A DNA stretch of 64,000 bases from Clostridia bacterium. GTDB lineage: Bacteria; Bacillota; Clostridia; Christensenellales; UBA1242. This document shows positions 36,332-46,391 of the stretch, one piece after another. The notes under the pieces were generated by a model, which saw nothing but the letters and a program-made list of their open reading frames with translations, did not search any database and was not told the origin of the DNA. The stretch is taken from NCBI GenBank assembly GCA_017453125.1, contig JAFTKS010000007.1, positions 28,361 to 92,360 on the forward strand, in the 5' to 3' direction. Each line of letters opens with the position of its first letter. Position 1 is the stretch's first letter. The translations under genes and the position numbers were made by a program.

Positions 36332-36416
36332 AACATTATAAGAAATAATAGTATGCAAGTTTTAGTTTTTATAGTTTTTTTGGTAAAAAATAGTGAAAAT
36401 TTTTTTAATTTGGGTA

Positions 36417-36445
36417 TTGACTACTGGTGGGGTTGGTGGTATACT
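36417..36445 (+). promoter_or_regulatory. Sigma-A-type promoter of a tiny-peptide transcription unit
   Basis: TTGACT (36417-36422), a 17-nt G-rich spacer, then TATACT (36440-36445). Confidence 0.6.
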
Positions 36446-36480
36446 ATAATCGAAGAAAGGGTTTATGGGGGTAAAATATT

Positions 36481-36543
36481 ATGGGAATTTTAGTAATAGC
36501 TGGAATTGGCGTTGTGTTTAGCGTACTTATGAGTTTAAAATAA
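36481..36543 (+). CDS. 20-aa hydrophobic peptide MGILVIAGIGVVFSVLMSLK
   Basis: Below the ORF-track cutoff. GGGGGT lies 8 nt upstream of the ATG. It has its own promoter and its own terminator (36581-36617). Confidence 0.4.
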   Translation: MGILVIAGIGVVFSVLMSLK

Positions 36544-36580
36544 GCCCATTAAAGACAACTCCATTTCAAAAATTCATTTT

Positions 36581-36617
36581 AGTCGGCAAACATTATTGAA
36601 GTTTGTTGACTTTTTTC
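36581..36617 (+). terminator. Rho-independent terminator
   Basis: AGTCGGCAAAC pairs with GTTTGTTGACT (two G-U pairs), followed by T6. Confidence 0.7.
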
Positions 36618-36665
36618 GTTTAAATTACTAATATAATTAATGATAATATTAAAATAGGAGGCAAA

Positions 36666-37472
36666 ATGGAATATAAAAATGCAATTTTAAAAACAATGCT
36701 AATCACTTTTGCCTCATTGATTGGTGCATTAATATTAGTATTTTTATTGATGAACTTTGTGTTTACTGCTACATTTGCAAATCTTATGTACGATATTGGG
36801 TGCGATAAGTTCGCATCTAATTTATATGAAAGGGCATATAAAAAAGATGGGGATATATTGCTTTGCTACAAGGCTTTTAATTTAAAAGTAAAATTAGGAA
36901 ATAGTAAAGAGACCATTGAATTGTATGATTTGTTGGTTCAAGATGAAGAATACGAAGATTTTGTAGCGCAATGTAATGCTAGAAACGAAAAATTAGATAT
37001 AAGTGTGCTTGAAAAGAGTACTATGCTGAATGAAGAAAATTATTTGTTTAATTGTTATGTAAAGGCGTTAAAGAAAGAAAATAATAACGATAAAGCGTTC
37101 GAATATTCGATTGAAAAATTTCTAGATACTTGTGATACTGTGGAATTGAAAGAATTTGGAATTTATTCGTTGGGTAATTTTGTTGATGTTGATGTTGCTG
37201 GGTTTGATAAGGAATATTCAAATTCTTCAAAAACATTACTTGAAGAAATGCAAGAGTATTTTGAAGAAATGCAATTGATATTTGATGAGAACAAGGTGAC
37301 GGATAATGTAGTAGTCAAAGCGTATGTGGTTGCAATCGGGAATAGGATTATAGAGTTGGGGCAAGATATTAATGCTGTTTATAGGGCATTAGAAATGGAA
37401 GAAAGTCTTATAGAATATAATATTAATGTTATGAAATCTATAAATGATAGTATAAAGGGACTTATTGTATGA
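36666..37472 (+). CDS. Membrane-anchored hypothetical protein, translationally coupled to hflX
   Basis: N-terminal TM (LITFASLIGALILVFLLMNFVF). The stop overlaps the hflX ATG (ATGA). Confidence 0.5.
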   Translation: MEYKNAILKTMLITFASLIGALILVFLLMNFVFTATFANLMYDIGCDKFASNLYERAYKKDGDILLCYKAFNLKVKLGNSKETIELYDLLVQDEEYEDFVAQCNARNEKLDISVLEKSTMLNEENYLFNCYVKALKKENNNDKAFEYSIEKFLDTCDTVELKEFGIYSLGNFVDVDVAGFDKEYSNSSKTLLEEMQEYFEEMQLIFDENKVTDNVVVKAYVVAIGNRIIELGQDINAVYRALEMEESLIEYNINVMKSINDSIKGLIV

Positions 37473-39049
37473 GGATACCTGATAAAATAAAGAAAGAGTA
37501 TAGGTTGAGAATTGAGGCTTTTGAAGGCTTATCATTTGATAAGTCTTTGTTTATCGATGAAGGATTATTGAAGGAAATCTGTGAAATTTCTTCAAGTATT
37601 GGATATGAAATAGCTCTTCTCATTGATAGAAAAGGAAATGTTGTTGATGTTATTGTAGGAGATAAGCATACAGTTTCTTTTTCTATAGACTCTTCTGAGA
37701 ATAGGTTGAGTGGCTTAAGAGTTGTTCACACACATCCAAATGCGGGTTCTTCTCTTAGTAATATGGATTTGTCTTTTTTGAAGAATAATAATATGGATTG
37801 TGTTGCTGCTGTCTCTATCAAAGATGGAATGCCTTATGATATGCAGGTAGGGTATATTAGTGGTAATGGTGTAAATATAGTTAAATGCCATAACGCCGAT
37901 TATGCGAACAAGTATGGTTTGATAGATAAAATTTTTGAGGCAGAAAAAGACTTCAAGGAGTATTATTCAAATTTGAATAAACTACCTGAACAAAGAGCAA
38001 TACTTGTAAAAGTTGCAATAAAGCAAAAGGGTAATATTGAAGGTGATTTGGATGAGCTAGAGGGGCTTGCGACAACTGCTCATATAGAGGTTGTTGGCAG
38101 GGTTTCTCAGTTTAGGGTGAAACCAGATGGAACTTACTTTATTGGTAGTGGTAAAATTGATGAGTTGAGAGACTTGATTCAGTTGAATGAGGCAAACTTG
38201 ATAATTTTTGATAACGAATTGTCGGGTAGTAAAGTAAGCAATATAAGCAATGCTCTAGGTGTAAAAGTTATTGATAGAAGTATGTTGATTCTAGATATTT
38301 TTGCTAGTCGAGCAAGAACAAACGAAGGAAAACTTCAGGTAGAACTTGCACAATTGAAATATTCTTTGCCAAGATTAGGGGCTTATCTTGAAAGTTCTGG
38401 TAGATACGGTGGCGGAGTTGGAATGAGGGGACCCGGAGAGACAAAGTTAGAACTTAATAGACGTATTGTTGAGCAAAATATTGTAAAGAAGACAGAAGAG
38501 CTGAAAAAGTTAAGCAAGCATAGAGAATTAAATAGGAAGAGTAGAAGAGAAAACTCTAAGCCTACGGTTTCAATAGTGGGTTATACAAATAGTGGAAAAA
38601 GTACACTTTTAAATTTAATTGCTAAAGCAGATGTTTATGTAAAAAATGAATTGTTTGCAACACTTGATACTACAACTAGAAATGTTTGGTTGGGCTATGG
38701 AAAAGAGATTTTGTGTACTGATACGGTTGGATTTATTAATAATTTACCGCACGAATTTGTAGAGGCTTTTGCGAGTACTTTGGAAGAAAGTGTGTTTGCA
38801 GATTTGATTTTGCACGTTGTTGATGCTAGCAATAATGAGTTTAAGAATCACATTAATGTTACAAACAAAGTTCTTCAAGGGTTGGGTTGCAATAGTCCTG
38901 TACTGATGGTATTTAATAAAATAGATAATTTGGAAAGTGATGAGATTGATACTATAAAGATAGAATATCCTAATGCTGTGTTTATTTCGGCAAAGCAGTC
39001 TATTGGGATTGAAGAATTAAAAGAGAAAATTATTTCTGTTTTGTTCTAA
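37469..39049 (+). CDS. hflX: GTPase HflX with N-terminal JAMM/MPN-like extension
   Basis: HflX core from aa ~175 (GTP-binding N/M domains, G1 GYTNSGKST, G3 DTVGF). The N-terminal 174 aa contain HTHPNAGSSLSNMD, which equals HxHx7Sx2D, with an upstream Glu (GYEIALL). Confidence 0.85.
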   Translation: MRIPDKIKKEYRLRIEAFEGLSFDKSLFIDEGLLKEICEISSSIGYEIALLIDRKGNVVDVIVGDKHTVSFSIDSSENRLSGLRVVHTHPNAGSSLSNMDLSFLKNNNMDCVAAVSIKDGMPYDMQVGYISGNGVNIVKCHNADYANKYGLIDKIFEAEKDFKEYYSNLNKLPEQRAILVKVAIKQKGNIEGDLDELEGLATTAHIEVVGRVSQFRVKPDGTYFIGSGKIDELRDLIQLNEANLIIFDNELSGSKVSNISNALGVKVIDRSMLILDIFASRARTNEGKLQVELAQLKYSLPRLGAYLESSGRYGGGVGMRGPGETKLELNRRIVEQNIVKKTEELKKLSKHRELNRKSRRENSKPTVSIVGYTNSGKSTLLNLIAKADVYVKNELFATLDTTTRNVWLGYGKEILCTDTVGFINNLPHEFVEAFASTLEESVFADLILHVVDASNNEFKNHINVTNKVLQGLGCNSPVLMVFNKIDNLESDEIDTIKIEYPNAVFISAKQSIGIEELKEKIISVLF

Positions 39050-39214
39050 TTTATAAATATAAAGCAAATTCAAAAATGGGTAATTATAACCTTTTTGAAT
39101 TTTTTTTATGCATTGTGTAACAAAATATAAAAATGTTGAGTAGTATGAAGTAGAAAGCAAAAAAATTGAAAACGTACATACTTGCTTTCTAAATTAATTT
39201 AGGAGGAAACATAT

Positions 39215-39433
39215 ATGTTTGGCACAAATTGTGGCGGATGTAATAACGGAATGAACCACGGAATGAATCACGGAGTACCAGGAAAAGGAAATAACAATTG
39301 TTGCTTATTGTTACTATTATTATTATGTGGTTGTAATGGTTTTGGTGGCGGAGAAGATAATTGCTGCTGGAATATCATCTTATTACTTATTATCTTAAAT
39401 TGTTGTGGTTGCAATACTGGATTTGGTTTCTAA
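39215..39433 (+). CDS. Small Cys/Gly/Asn-rich protein with two poly-Leu hydrophobic cores (YjcZ-like tiny sporulation protein?)
   Basis: 72 aa with 12 Cys. Two modules of polar C/G/N-rich sequence plus LLLLLLL/ILLLIIL flanked by CC and CGC. AGGAGG RBS. Confidence 0.4.
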   Translation: MFGTNCGGCNNGMNHGMNHGVPGKGNNNCCLLLLLLLCGCNGFGGGEDNCCWNIILLLIILNCCGCNTGFGF

Positions 39434-39485
39434 TTTTTAATTCAATTTATTACATTTCATTTTATTATTCTTTAAATGTTTTATG

Positions 39486-39516
39486 CTCGTATCTATGTTG
39501 TTAGATACGAGTTTTT
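39486..39516 (+). terminator. Rho-independent terminator
   Basis: CTCGTATCTA pairs with TAGATACGAG, followed by T5. Confidence 0.8.
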
Positions 39517-39730
39517 GTTTGTTGTTTAATTGGTAAAAATATCGTTTTGTATATACTAGATTTGCTATTTTCTAGAATTTGTAAAAAAATTTACATAATT
39601 TGGAAATTTCGATTCATAATAAAAGCAACGAAAGAATGGGAAAAACTTTAATTATTTGTATATAATAGTTGACAAAATACCAAAAAAATACTAAACTATT
39701 TTCGTTACAATTATAGATATAAGGAGATTT

Positions 39731-42700
39731 TTGACAAATATGAAAGGCAAGAAAAAATATATAATGCCACTTCTACTTGCTGGTGTAACTGCTACTGCAG
39801 GTGTAGTTACTGAATTTAAACAGCAAGAAACTATGGTTCAAGCTTCAGAGGTTTCAACTATTTCAGATGTAGTTGGTGCTAGAATCGAAGTTCTTGGTGG
39901 CTTTGATGATGACGGGTATATGCTTGGCACTGAGGGCGGAATTGCAATGCCTACAGTTAGACTTAATGGTTATGCATATGATGCATCAAATTGGGCAGGA
40001 TACACCGTTACTTATACAATTTCTAGAGGTTCAAAAGTTTTCAAAACAATCGTTGCTGATGATGATGTTGAGAAGTTTGTTCCTAAGTATACTGGTGATT
40101 ATGATGTTACAATCACAGCAGAGAAAGAAGGTCAAGTAGTTTCAAAACTTACTGGTCTTACAATTACTGTTACTCGTCCAGATGCAGTAATCAATCTTCC
40201 TGTGAATAGTGAGTATGTTATCCCTGCACAAATTAAAGTAGGCGAAACAAACTTGAAGATTCCTGTTCCAGAAGTAGAAACTGTTAATGCAGAAGGCGAA
40301 GAAGTTACTTACAAGGGACAAGAGGCTATTAACAAAGGTTTGAAGGTTTCTCTTGTTACTCCTACAGAAGATGGAACAAAAGCTCTTGATGCTGAACATT
40401 ACAACTCAGAAACAAATACTTATAATGTTCCTGCTGATCTTCTTGATACTGCTGGCACTTATAAGATTCGTTATGAGTTCTCTAGTGGTTCTGTAATTAT
40501 TTCTAAACTTGAAACAGGTATTCAAGTTGTTGACGTAGAAGACTTTACTGCTCCAACAAATCTTTATATGAAGTTAAGTGGTTCTGTTCCTGCTACTGGT
40601 AATGTTAATACAGAAATCAAAATCCCATCTGTTTCTGTTTATGATTCAAAAAGTGCAACAGATGCAATAAATGCTCACGTTTCTGTTTCTGTTATTAAAC
40701 TTGATGCAAATGGAAAAGAAGAGAAAACAATTAAATTAAACGATGCTGAGAACACAAAATTTGTACCAGAAGAAGAGGGAAATTATATAATTGCTTATAC
40801 TGCAGACTTGAAGCAATTATATGGAGACAAGTTGGTTTCAACTTATAAACCATCTACTATTATTAGTGTTGTAGACAATAAGGCTCCGGAAGTTCTTCCA
40901 ACTTATAACTATGCTGTTGTAGATGGTGAAGTAACTGGTGTTTATTACAAGGGCGAATCTGAACCTACAACTCTAGAGTCTTTGGATAAAACTGCTAAAG
41001 AAGTGCTTGTTAATAGAAAGGTTGACGTTCCAACAGTTGCTGTTCTAGATTCTAACGGTGATGCGAAGTTTACACTTCCTGCAATTTTTGCAACAGATAA
41101 CAAATATGGATACGGAGATATCGAACTTACTAGACAAGTTGCTGGTAACGGTACTGCAACATATACTGTTAAAAATGATGCAAACGTAACTTCTGAAGAA
41201 ATCACTCTTAATAAACTTGGAACTTATGAAGTAAGATATATTGCTAAAGAAATCAAAGGCAAAGATGCTGATGGCAAGAATATCTATGGAAAAGAGACAA
41301 AGGCTACATTTACTCTTACTGTTGTTGACGAGGCAACTGCTAAAAAAGAGAAGGGTACAACAGTTAAGCTGAATCTTAACCTAAGTACTTCTACTGTTAG
41401 CCAAAAAGATATTATTAAATTCGCTCCAACTGCTGAAGATGGTCTTGATGACTTTGTTGAAGTAGTAAGTTCAGTAGAACTTTTAAAAGATAAAGTTGGT
41501 GGAGCTGAAGGCGAAAAAGAAGTTATCGCTACTATTTCTCAAAAAGATTTGAAGGTTAATGCTGACGGAAAATATGAAATTTCTGTTAAGGATATTCTTT
41601 CTAATACAAACTATGCTGGTGTTCAATATATTAATGTAAAAGCATCTGCATATCTTGATTCAACATTAGAAGGCGTTAGAAGTACTGAAAAGATTGAGAA
41701 CAAAATAATTACAATTAATGATACAACAGAAGATTCAACTGTTGCTGGTCTTACAGTAGGTCTTGCTAATCCTGCTTATGAAGAGGGTAATGGCGAAGAA
41801 AAGTATTTGTTTAACGATATGACTGTTACTAATTGGAACAAATCATTGTTAGAACAAAATGCTGATAAATTAATTAAATATAACGGAAAGACTGATATTA
41901 GTTCTAAAATCTCAGGAATTGACGAAGCTGGTTATATTGTTGGTTCTGGAGTTGTTGCTGATAACGACAGATTCAAAACTGAAGAGGGTGGATTGCTTGC
42001 AGCATTCAATCAAAATGATGGAAACCTTACTCTTCCATCTATCAAGTTTACTGATAATGATGAAAACCTAAAAGTTAATGTATCTATTTTTAATAGTGCG
42101 GGAAATGCAGTTGTTAAATATGATGCTGGTGAGGTTTATAGAAAGCAAGTAGGTTCTAATTGGGAGCATACTATTGAAGGTATTACTTTTAAGATGGCTT
42201 ATTCTGATGTTTATACTGTTGTATATAGAGCAGAAGATAGCAGAGGCAACATTATGCTTCAATCATTTGGAATTAGAGTAAATGATACTACTCCTCCAAG
42301 TATTGATCTTGAAGATACAGATAAATTCGGTATGGAAATTGAAGTTGGAGACTTCTTTGAGGTTCCAACAGGTATGTTGAAGAAAGGCACAACAGATCTA
42401 ACTGAAAGAGATGTTTATTGGCAAGTAACATATAGTGATGGTGCAGAATGTGACATTCAAGCAACTGGATTTACTCCTCTTACAGAAGGTACATTCTATA
42501 TCAAGTACTATGGAACTGATTCAATGGGCAACTATAATGAACTTTCTGATAGTTCGTTGTACTTTGTAACAGCAAAAGATACTACAGCTCCTGAATTCGA
42601 TGAGAGTTATGAAAATGACTTGGACGAAGTAATGGCTTGGGAAAAAGATGCTGAAGGAAAGAATGTGTCTCAAATGACAATTGATATTCCTGAAGTTTAT

Positions 42701-43399
42701 GCTACTGACCCAATTAGAGGTGGTTCTGTTGATGTTAAATATAATGTAACTGGACCAGATGGCTCAAAAGTTACTCTAAGCACTTATCCTGCTGAGGGAG
42801 AAACTGGATATGACGCTACAAAAGATGGCTTTAGAAAATTTGTAGCTACAAAACAAGGTATTTATACAGTTGAATATACTGCAACAGATGCTGCAGGAAA
42901 TACTAGCACATTAAAGAAGACAGTTGCTCTTGGTGACTGTGTTGCTCCAACAATTTCTTGGGCAAATGAAAAACAAAATATCCCTACTGAAGTTGCGTTG
43001 AATGGAACATTTGAATTGAAACTAAGTGATTTGACACTTAAAGATAATGTTACTTCTCCAGATAAAGTTAATATGAAGATTAAACTTCTAAAACCAGACA
43101 ATACAACTGAAGTTACTAGTACAGGAAATGCTGGAAAAACTTACAAATGGCAATTGACTGAGACTGGTTCTTATACTCTAAATATTACAGTAACAGACGA
43201 AGCTGGAATGGATAGAACTTACAAATATACTATCAACGTTCCTTCTGAAGATGTTGAAACTAATGAAATTAGTCCTGTATGGGGAACTGTTCTTGTAGTT
43301 GCATCTGTAGTTATCCTTGCTGGTGTTGTTATCTATTTTGTTGTTTCTTCAAAGAAGAAAACTCCTGCAAAGGGAAGTAGAGCAAGAAAGAATGATTAA
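39731..43399 (+). CDS. Large surface protein with repeated Ig-like (HYR/DUF5011-like) domains and C-terminal TM anchor
   Basis: Signal peptide. Recurrent Y.v.Y.A.D..GN....v.V.D...P signatures (YTVEYTATDAAGNTS, YTLNITVTDEAGMD, YTVVYRAEDSRGN). C-terminal TM plus a basic tail, with no LPXTG. The start is TTG 39731 or ATG 39740. Confidence 0.7.
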   Translation: MTNMKGKKKYIMPLLLAGVTATAGVVTEFKQQETMVQASEVSTISDVVGARIEVLGGFDDDGYMLGTEGGIAMPTVRLNGYAYDASNWAGYTVTYTISRGSKVFKTIVADDDVEKFVPKYTGDYDVTITAEKEGQVVSKLTGLTITVTRPDAVINLPVNSEYVIPAQIKVGETNLKIPVPEVETVNAEGEEVTYKGQEAINKGLKVSLVTPTEDGTKALDAEHYNSETNTYNVPADLLDTAGTYKIRYEFSSGSVIISKLETGIQVVDVEDFTAPTNLYMKLSGSVPATGNVNTEIKIPSVSVYDSKSATDAINAHVSVSVIKLDANGKEEKTIKLNDAENTKFVPEEEGNYIIAYTADLKQLYGDKLVSTYKPSTIISVVDNKAPEVLPTYNYAVVDGEVTGVYYKGESEPTTLESLDKTAKEVLVNRKVDVPTVAVLDSNGDAKFTLPAIFATDNKYGYGDIELTRQVAGNGTATYTVKNDANVTSEEITLNKLGTYEVRYIAKEIKGKDADGKNIYGKETKATFTLTVVDEATAKKEKGTTVKLNLNLSTSTVSQKDIIKFAPTAEDGLDDFVEVVSSVELLKDKVGGAEGEKEVIATISQKDLKVNADGKYEISVKDILSNTNYAGVQYINVKASAYLDSTLEGVRSTEKIENKIITINDTTEDSTVAGLTVGLANPAYEEGNGEEKYLFNDMTVTNWNKSLLEQNADKLIKYNGKTDISSKISGIDEAGYIVGSGVVADNDRFKTEEGGLLAAFNQNDGNLTLPSIKFTDNDENLKVNVSIFNSAGNAVVKYDAGEVYRKQVGSNWEHTIEGITFKMAYSDVYTVVYRAEDSRGNIMLQSFGIRVNDTTPPSIDLEDTDKFGMEIEVGDFFEVPTGMLKKGTTDLTERDVYWQVTYSDGAECDIQATGFTPLTEGTFYIKYYGTDSMGNYNELSDSSLYFVTAKDTTAPEFDESYENDLDEVMAWEKDAEGKNVSQMTIDIPEVYATDPIRGGSVDVKYNVTGPDGSKVTLSTYPAEGETGYDATKDGFRKFVATKQGIYTVEYTATDAAGNTSTLKKTVALGDCVAPTISWANEKQNIPTEVALNGTFELKLSDLTLKDNVTSPDKVNMKIKLLKPDNTTEVTSTGNAGKTYKWQLTETGSYTLNITVTDEAGMDRTYKYTINVPSEDVETNEISPVWGTVLVVASVVILAGVVIYFVVSSKKKTPAKGSRARKND

Positions 43400-43409
43400 T
43401 TACTAAAAA

Positions 43410-43435
43410 AGTAGACTTGTAGTCTACTTTTTTTA
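43410..43435 (+). terminator. Rho-independent terminator
   Basis: AGTAGACT-TGT-AGTCTACT followed by T7. Confidence 0.85.
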
Positions 43436-43483
43436 TGTTTTCTAATAAAAACAATTTGATTTAATAGTAAATTTAAGAAAAAT

Positions 43484-43855
43484 GTGTTATCATATATACG
43501 TATGGATAAAAGAAAATTAAATCTTCTCAGATACTTGCTAAATAAATGTGACAATGGTTATAAGGTTTTGGAAGTATCTAAAATTCTTGTTAGTCTAAGA
43601 AAGTACAAAAATTGCTTTGAATTTCTTCACGATGATTTGATGTTCTTAAATCAATATAAGTATATAGATGTTAAGTATGTTGATGAAGAAAGTGTATGTC
43701 TTTCGATACTAGATAATTCGCGGATTTTTCAAGAGAATCTTAAGTCCGAGAAGGGTACGAGAAGAGGGTATATCACTTCACTGATTATTAATATGCTTTT
43801 TAGCGGAATAATGGCTTTTATTGGTGCATTTTTAGCAATAATTATTACAAGGTAA
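43484..43855 (+). CDS. Small C-terminally membrane-anchored protein (paralog 1)
   Basis: About 90-aa soluble domain plus C-terminal TM (LIINMLFSGIMAFIGAFLAIII). Colinear similarity to the next ORF. The start may be ATG 43502. Confidence 0.45.
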   Translation: MLSYIRMDKRKLNLLRYLLNKCDNGYKVLEVSKILVSLRKYKNCFEFLHDDLMFLNQYKYIDVKYVDEESVCLSILDNSRIFQENLKSEKGTRRGYITSLIINMLFSGIMAFIGAFLAIIITR

Positions 43856-43863
43856 AATAAATA

Positions 43864-44223
43864 ATGTTATCTAGACGCGAGAAAATGATAATGCAATACA
43901 TTTTAAAAGAAAGTGGCAATAAGGACACTTGTCTTTTGTCGCCTCTAGATGTAGAACACGCTGTTGCTCCTAAATATAGAATTAATCAAATTGAAGTTCA
44001 AGCATTGCTTGATGGATTGGTACAAGAAAATTATATAAACCTTGTAAATTCAGATAAAAATGGTGAACTTATTTATTGTATAAGTATTTTGCCTAAGGGA
44101 AAGTCGTTTTATAGAGAACAAAAGAATACAAAAAAATCTTGGTGGGGTGCTGTAATTAGAACAATTCTTTTGGCAATACTTTCTTTTATTGTAGGTATTG
44201 TTTTGAAGGCTATATTTTTCTAG
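43864..44223 (+). CDS. Small C-terminally membrane-anchored protein (paralog 2)
   Basis: Same architecture (REKMIMQYILKE...YINLV...ISILPKG...TM) as 43484..43855. Confidence 0.45.
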   Translation: MLSRREKMIMQYILKESGNKDTCLLSPLDVEHAVAPKYRINQIEVQALLDGLVQENYINLVNSDKNGELIYCISILPKGKSFYREQKNTKKSWWGAVIRTILLAILSFIVGIVLKAIFF

Positions 44224-44298
44224 TTTGAAATTTATTTCCATAATTAAGAAGTTTATTCTTATTCTTCTTGATTATGGATTTTTATTTTATTTCAAAAA

Positions 44299-44310
44299 GA
44301 ACAAATGTTC
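44299..44310. promoter_or_regulatory. LexA (Cheo/SOS) box upstream of uvrB
   Basis: GAACAAATGTTC matches the Firmicute consensus GAAC-N4-GTTC. It lies 14 nt upstream of an extended -10 (TGTTATAAT, 44322-44330). Confidence 0.75.
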
Positions 44311-44441
44311 TATTTGCTAATTGTTATAATTTGGTATATACTATTATTGAATTATATTGTAGAATTTTAATGACAAGATTAATCTGTATTCTTAACGTAT
44401 TTATTGGTTAAAATAATTGATTAATTTGGAGATAATATATT

Positions 44442-46388
44442 ATGGAAAATTTTGAACTTGTAAGTAAATATAGTCCTACTGGTGACCAACCTCAAGCAAT
44501 TGAAAAATTGGTGGAAGGGCTCAAAGATGGTTATAGATTTCAAACTTTGTTGGGTGTAACAGGTAGTGGAAAAACTTTTACAATGGCAAATATTATAAAC
44601 AAAATTAATAGACCGGTACTTGTTTTGGCCCATAACAAAACTCTTGCGGCACAATTATGCAATGAGTTTAGGGAGTTTTTTCCTAATAATAGAGTTGAAT
44701 ATTTTGTATCATATTATGATTATTATCAGCCTGAGGCATATATAGTTTCTTCTGATACTTATATCGAAAAGGATATGAGTATAAATGACGAGATTGATAA
44801 GCTCAGACATTCGGCTACGTGTTCGCTTTTTGAGAGACGTGATGTTATTGTTGTTGCATCAGTATCGTGTATTTATAGCTTAGGAGCTCCCGAGGCGTAT
44901 TCTAGTTCTTGTTTGTCATTGCGACCAAATGATGTTATTTCAAAAAATGATATTATGCATAGACTAATTGAATTGAGATATGAACGAAATGAAATAGATT
45001 TCAAACGTGGCACTTTTCGAAGTAAAGGCGATGTTATCGATATTATTCCTTCTAATCAGAGTGAGAAGGGAATTCGCATTGAGATGTTTGATGATGAGAT
45101 TGAGAGAATTTCTGAATTTGAAGTTGTCACTGGTCGAAGATTAAACACGTTGGAGCATTTATATCTTTTGCCTGCAACACATTATATTATTCATAATGAA
45201 CAGATGGAACAGGTCTTTGAGGAAATTAGACACGATTGCTTGGTTAGAGCAAAGGAGTTTGAGGAGCAGGGAAAACTTATTGAGGCACAACGAATTAAGG
45301 AAAGGGTTTTCTATGATTTGGAAATGATGCGAGAAGTTGGGTACTGTAACGGTATTGAGAATTATTCTCGTTATTTCGATGGAAGGGTGCCTGGTCAAGC
45401 TCCTTATACATTGTTGGATTATTTCCCAGATGACTTTGTGTTGTTTGTTGATGAAAGTCATATAACTCTTCCGCAAGTCAGAGGAATGTTTGGTGGTGAT
45501 TTGGCAAGAAAAACCAATCTTGTTAATTATGGTTTTAGACTTCCGTCTGCTTATGATAATAGACCTCTCAATAATGAGGAGTTTTTGAATAAAATTGGTC
45601 AAGCAATTTTTGTGTCTGCAACTCCTGCACAATTCGAATTGGAAAATTCGGGACAAGTAGTAGAACAAATTATCAGACCTACTGGTCTTCTTGAACCAGA
45701 AATAATTATAAAACCTGTTGAGAATCAGGTTGACGATTTGATTGGTCAGATTTTTGAGACAATTGATAGAAATGGTAGGGTGTTGGTGACAACACTTACC
45801 AAGAAAATGGCAGAAAGCCTGACCGATTACCTTTCTGAAAAGAAAATTAAAGTTAAATATTTACACTCAGATATTGATACATTGGATAGAGTAGAGATAA
45901 TTAATGGATTGAGGAAGGGTGACTTTGATGTATTGATTGGTATCAATTTGTTGAGGGAAGGACTTGATATTCCAGAAGTTAAATTGGTGGCAATCTTAGA
46001 TGCTGATAAAGAAGGTTTTTTGCGAAGTGAGTGGGCATTGATACAAACAATAGGAAGGGCTGCAAGAAATGCCGAAAGTAAGGTAATTCTATATGCAGAT
46101 AATATGACAGATTCATTAAAGAAAGCAATTAATGAAACAGATAGAAGAAGGGCTATTCAGAAAGAATACAATGCTAAACACGGTATTGTTCCAAAAACAA
46201 TTATTAAACCAATCAAGAATACTTTGGAAATTACCAAGAAGGCAAGTGCTACTAGTGGTGCTAAAAAGTTGAAAGATGTCCAAGCAGAAATTTTGCATTT
46301 ACAAGACTTGATGAAAATTGCGTCAGATAGTTTGGATTTTGAACAAGCAATACTTATTAGGGAGAAAATAAAAGAATTAAAAGGGTAA
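44442..46388 (+). CDS. uvrB: Excinuclease ABC subunit B
   Basis: [13 protein letters not shown] Walker A, helicase motifs, and a C-terminal UVR domain ([15 protein letters not shown]). Confidence 0.98.
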   Translation: MENFELVSKYSPTGDQPQAIEKLVEGLKDGYRFQTLLGVTGSGKTFTMANIINKINRPVLVLAHNKTLAAQLCNEFREFFPNNRVEYFVSYYDYYQPEAYIVSSDTYIEKDMSINDEIDKLRHSATCSLFERRDVIVVASVSCIYSLGAPEAYSSSCLSLRPNDVISKNDIMHRLIELRYERNEIDFKRGTFRSKGDVIDIIPSNQSEKGIRIEMFDDEIERISEFEVVTGRRLNTLEHLYLLPATHYIIHNEQMEQVFEEIRHDCLVRAKEFEEQGKLIEAQRIKERVFYDLEMMREVGYCNGIENYSRYFDGRVPGQAPYTLLDYFPDDFVLFVDESHITLPQVRGMFGGDLARKTNLVNYGFRLPSAYDNRPLNNEEFLNKIGQAIFVSATPAQFELENSGQVVEQIIRPTGLLEPEIIIKPVENQVDDLIGQIFETIDRNGRVLVTTLTKKMAESLTDYLSEKKIKVKYLHSDIDTLDRVEIINGLRKGDFDVLIGINLLREGLDIPEVKLVAILDADKEGFLRSEWALIQTIGRAARNAESKVILYADNMTDSLKKAINETDRRRAIQKEYNAKHGIVPKTIIKPIKNTLEITKKASATSGAKKLKDVQAEILHLQDLMKIASDSLDFEQAILIREKIKELKG

Positions 46389-46391
46389 ATT

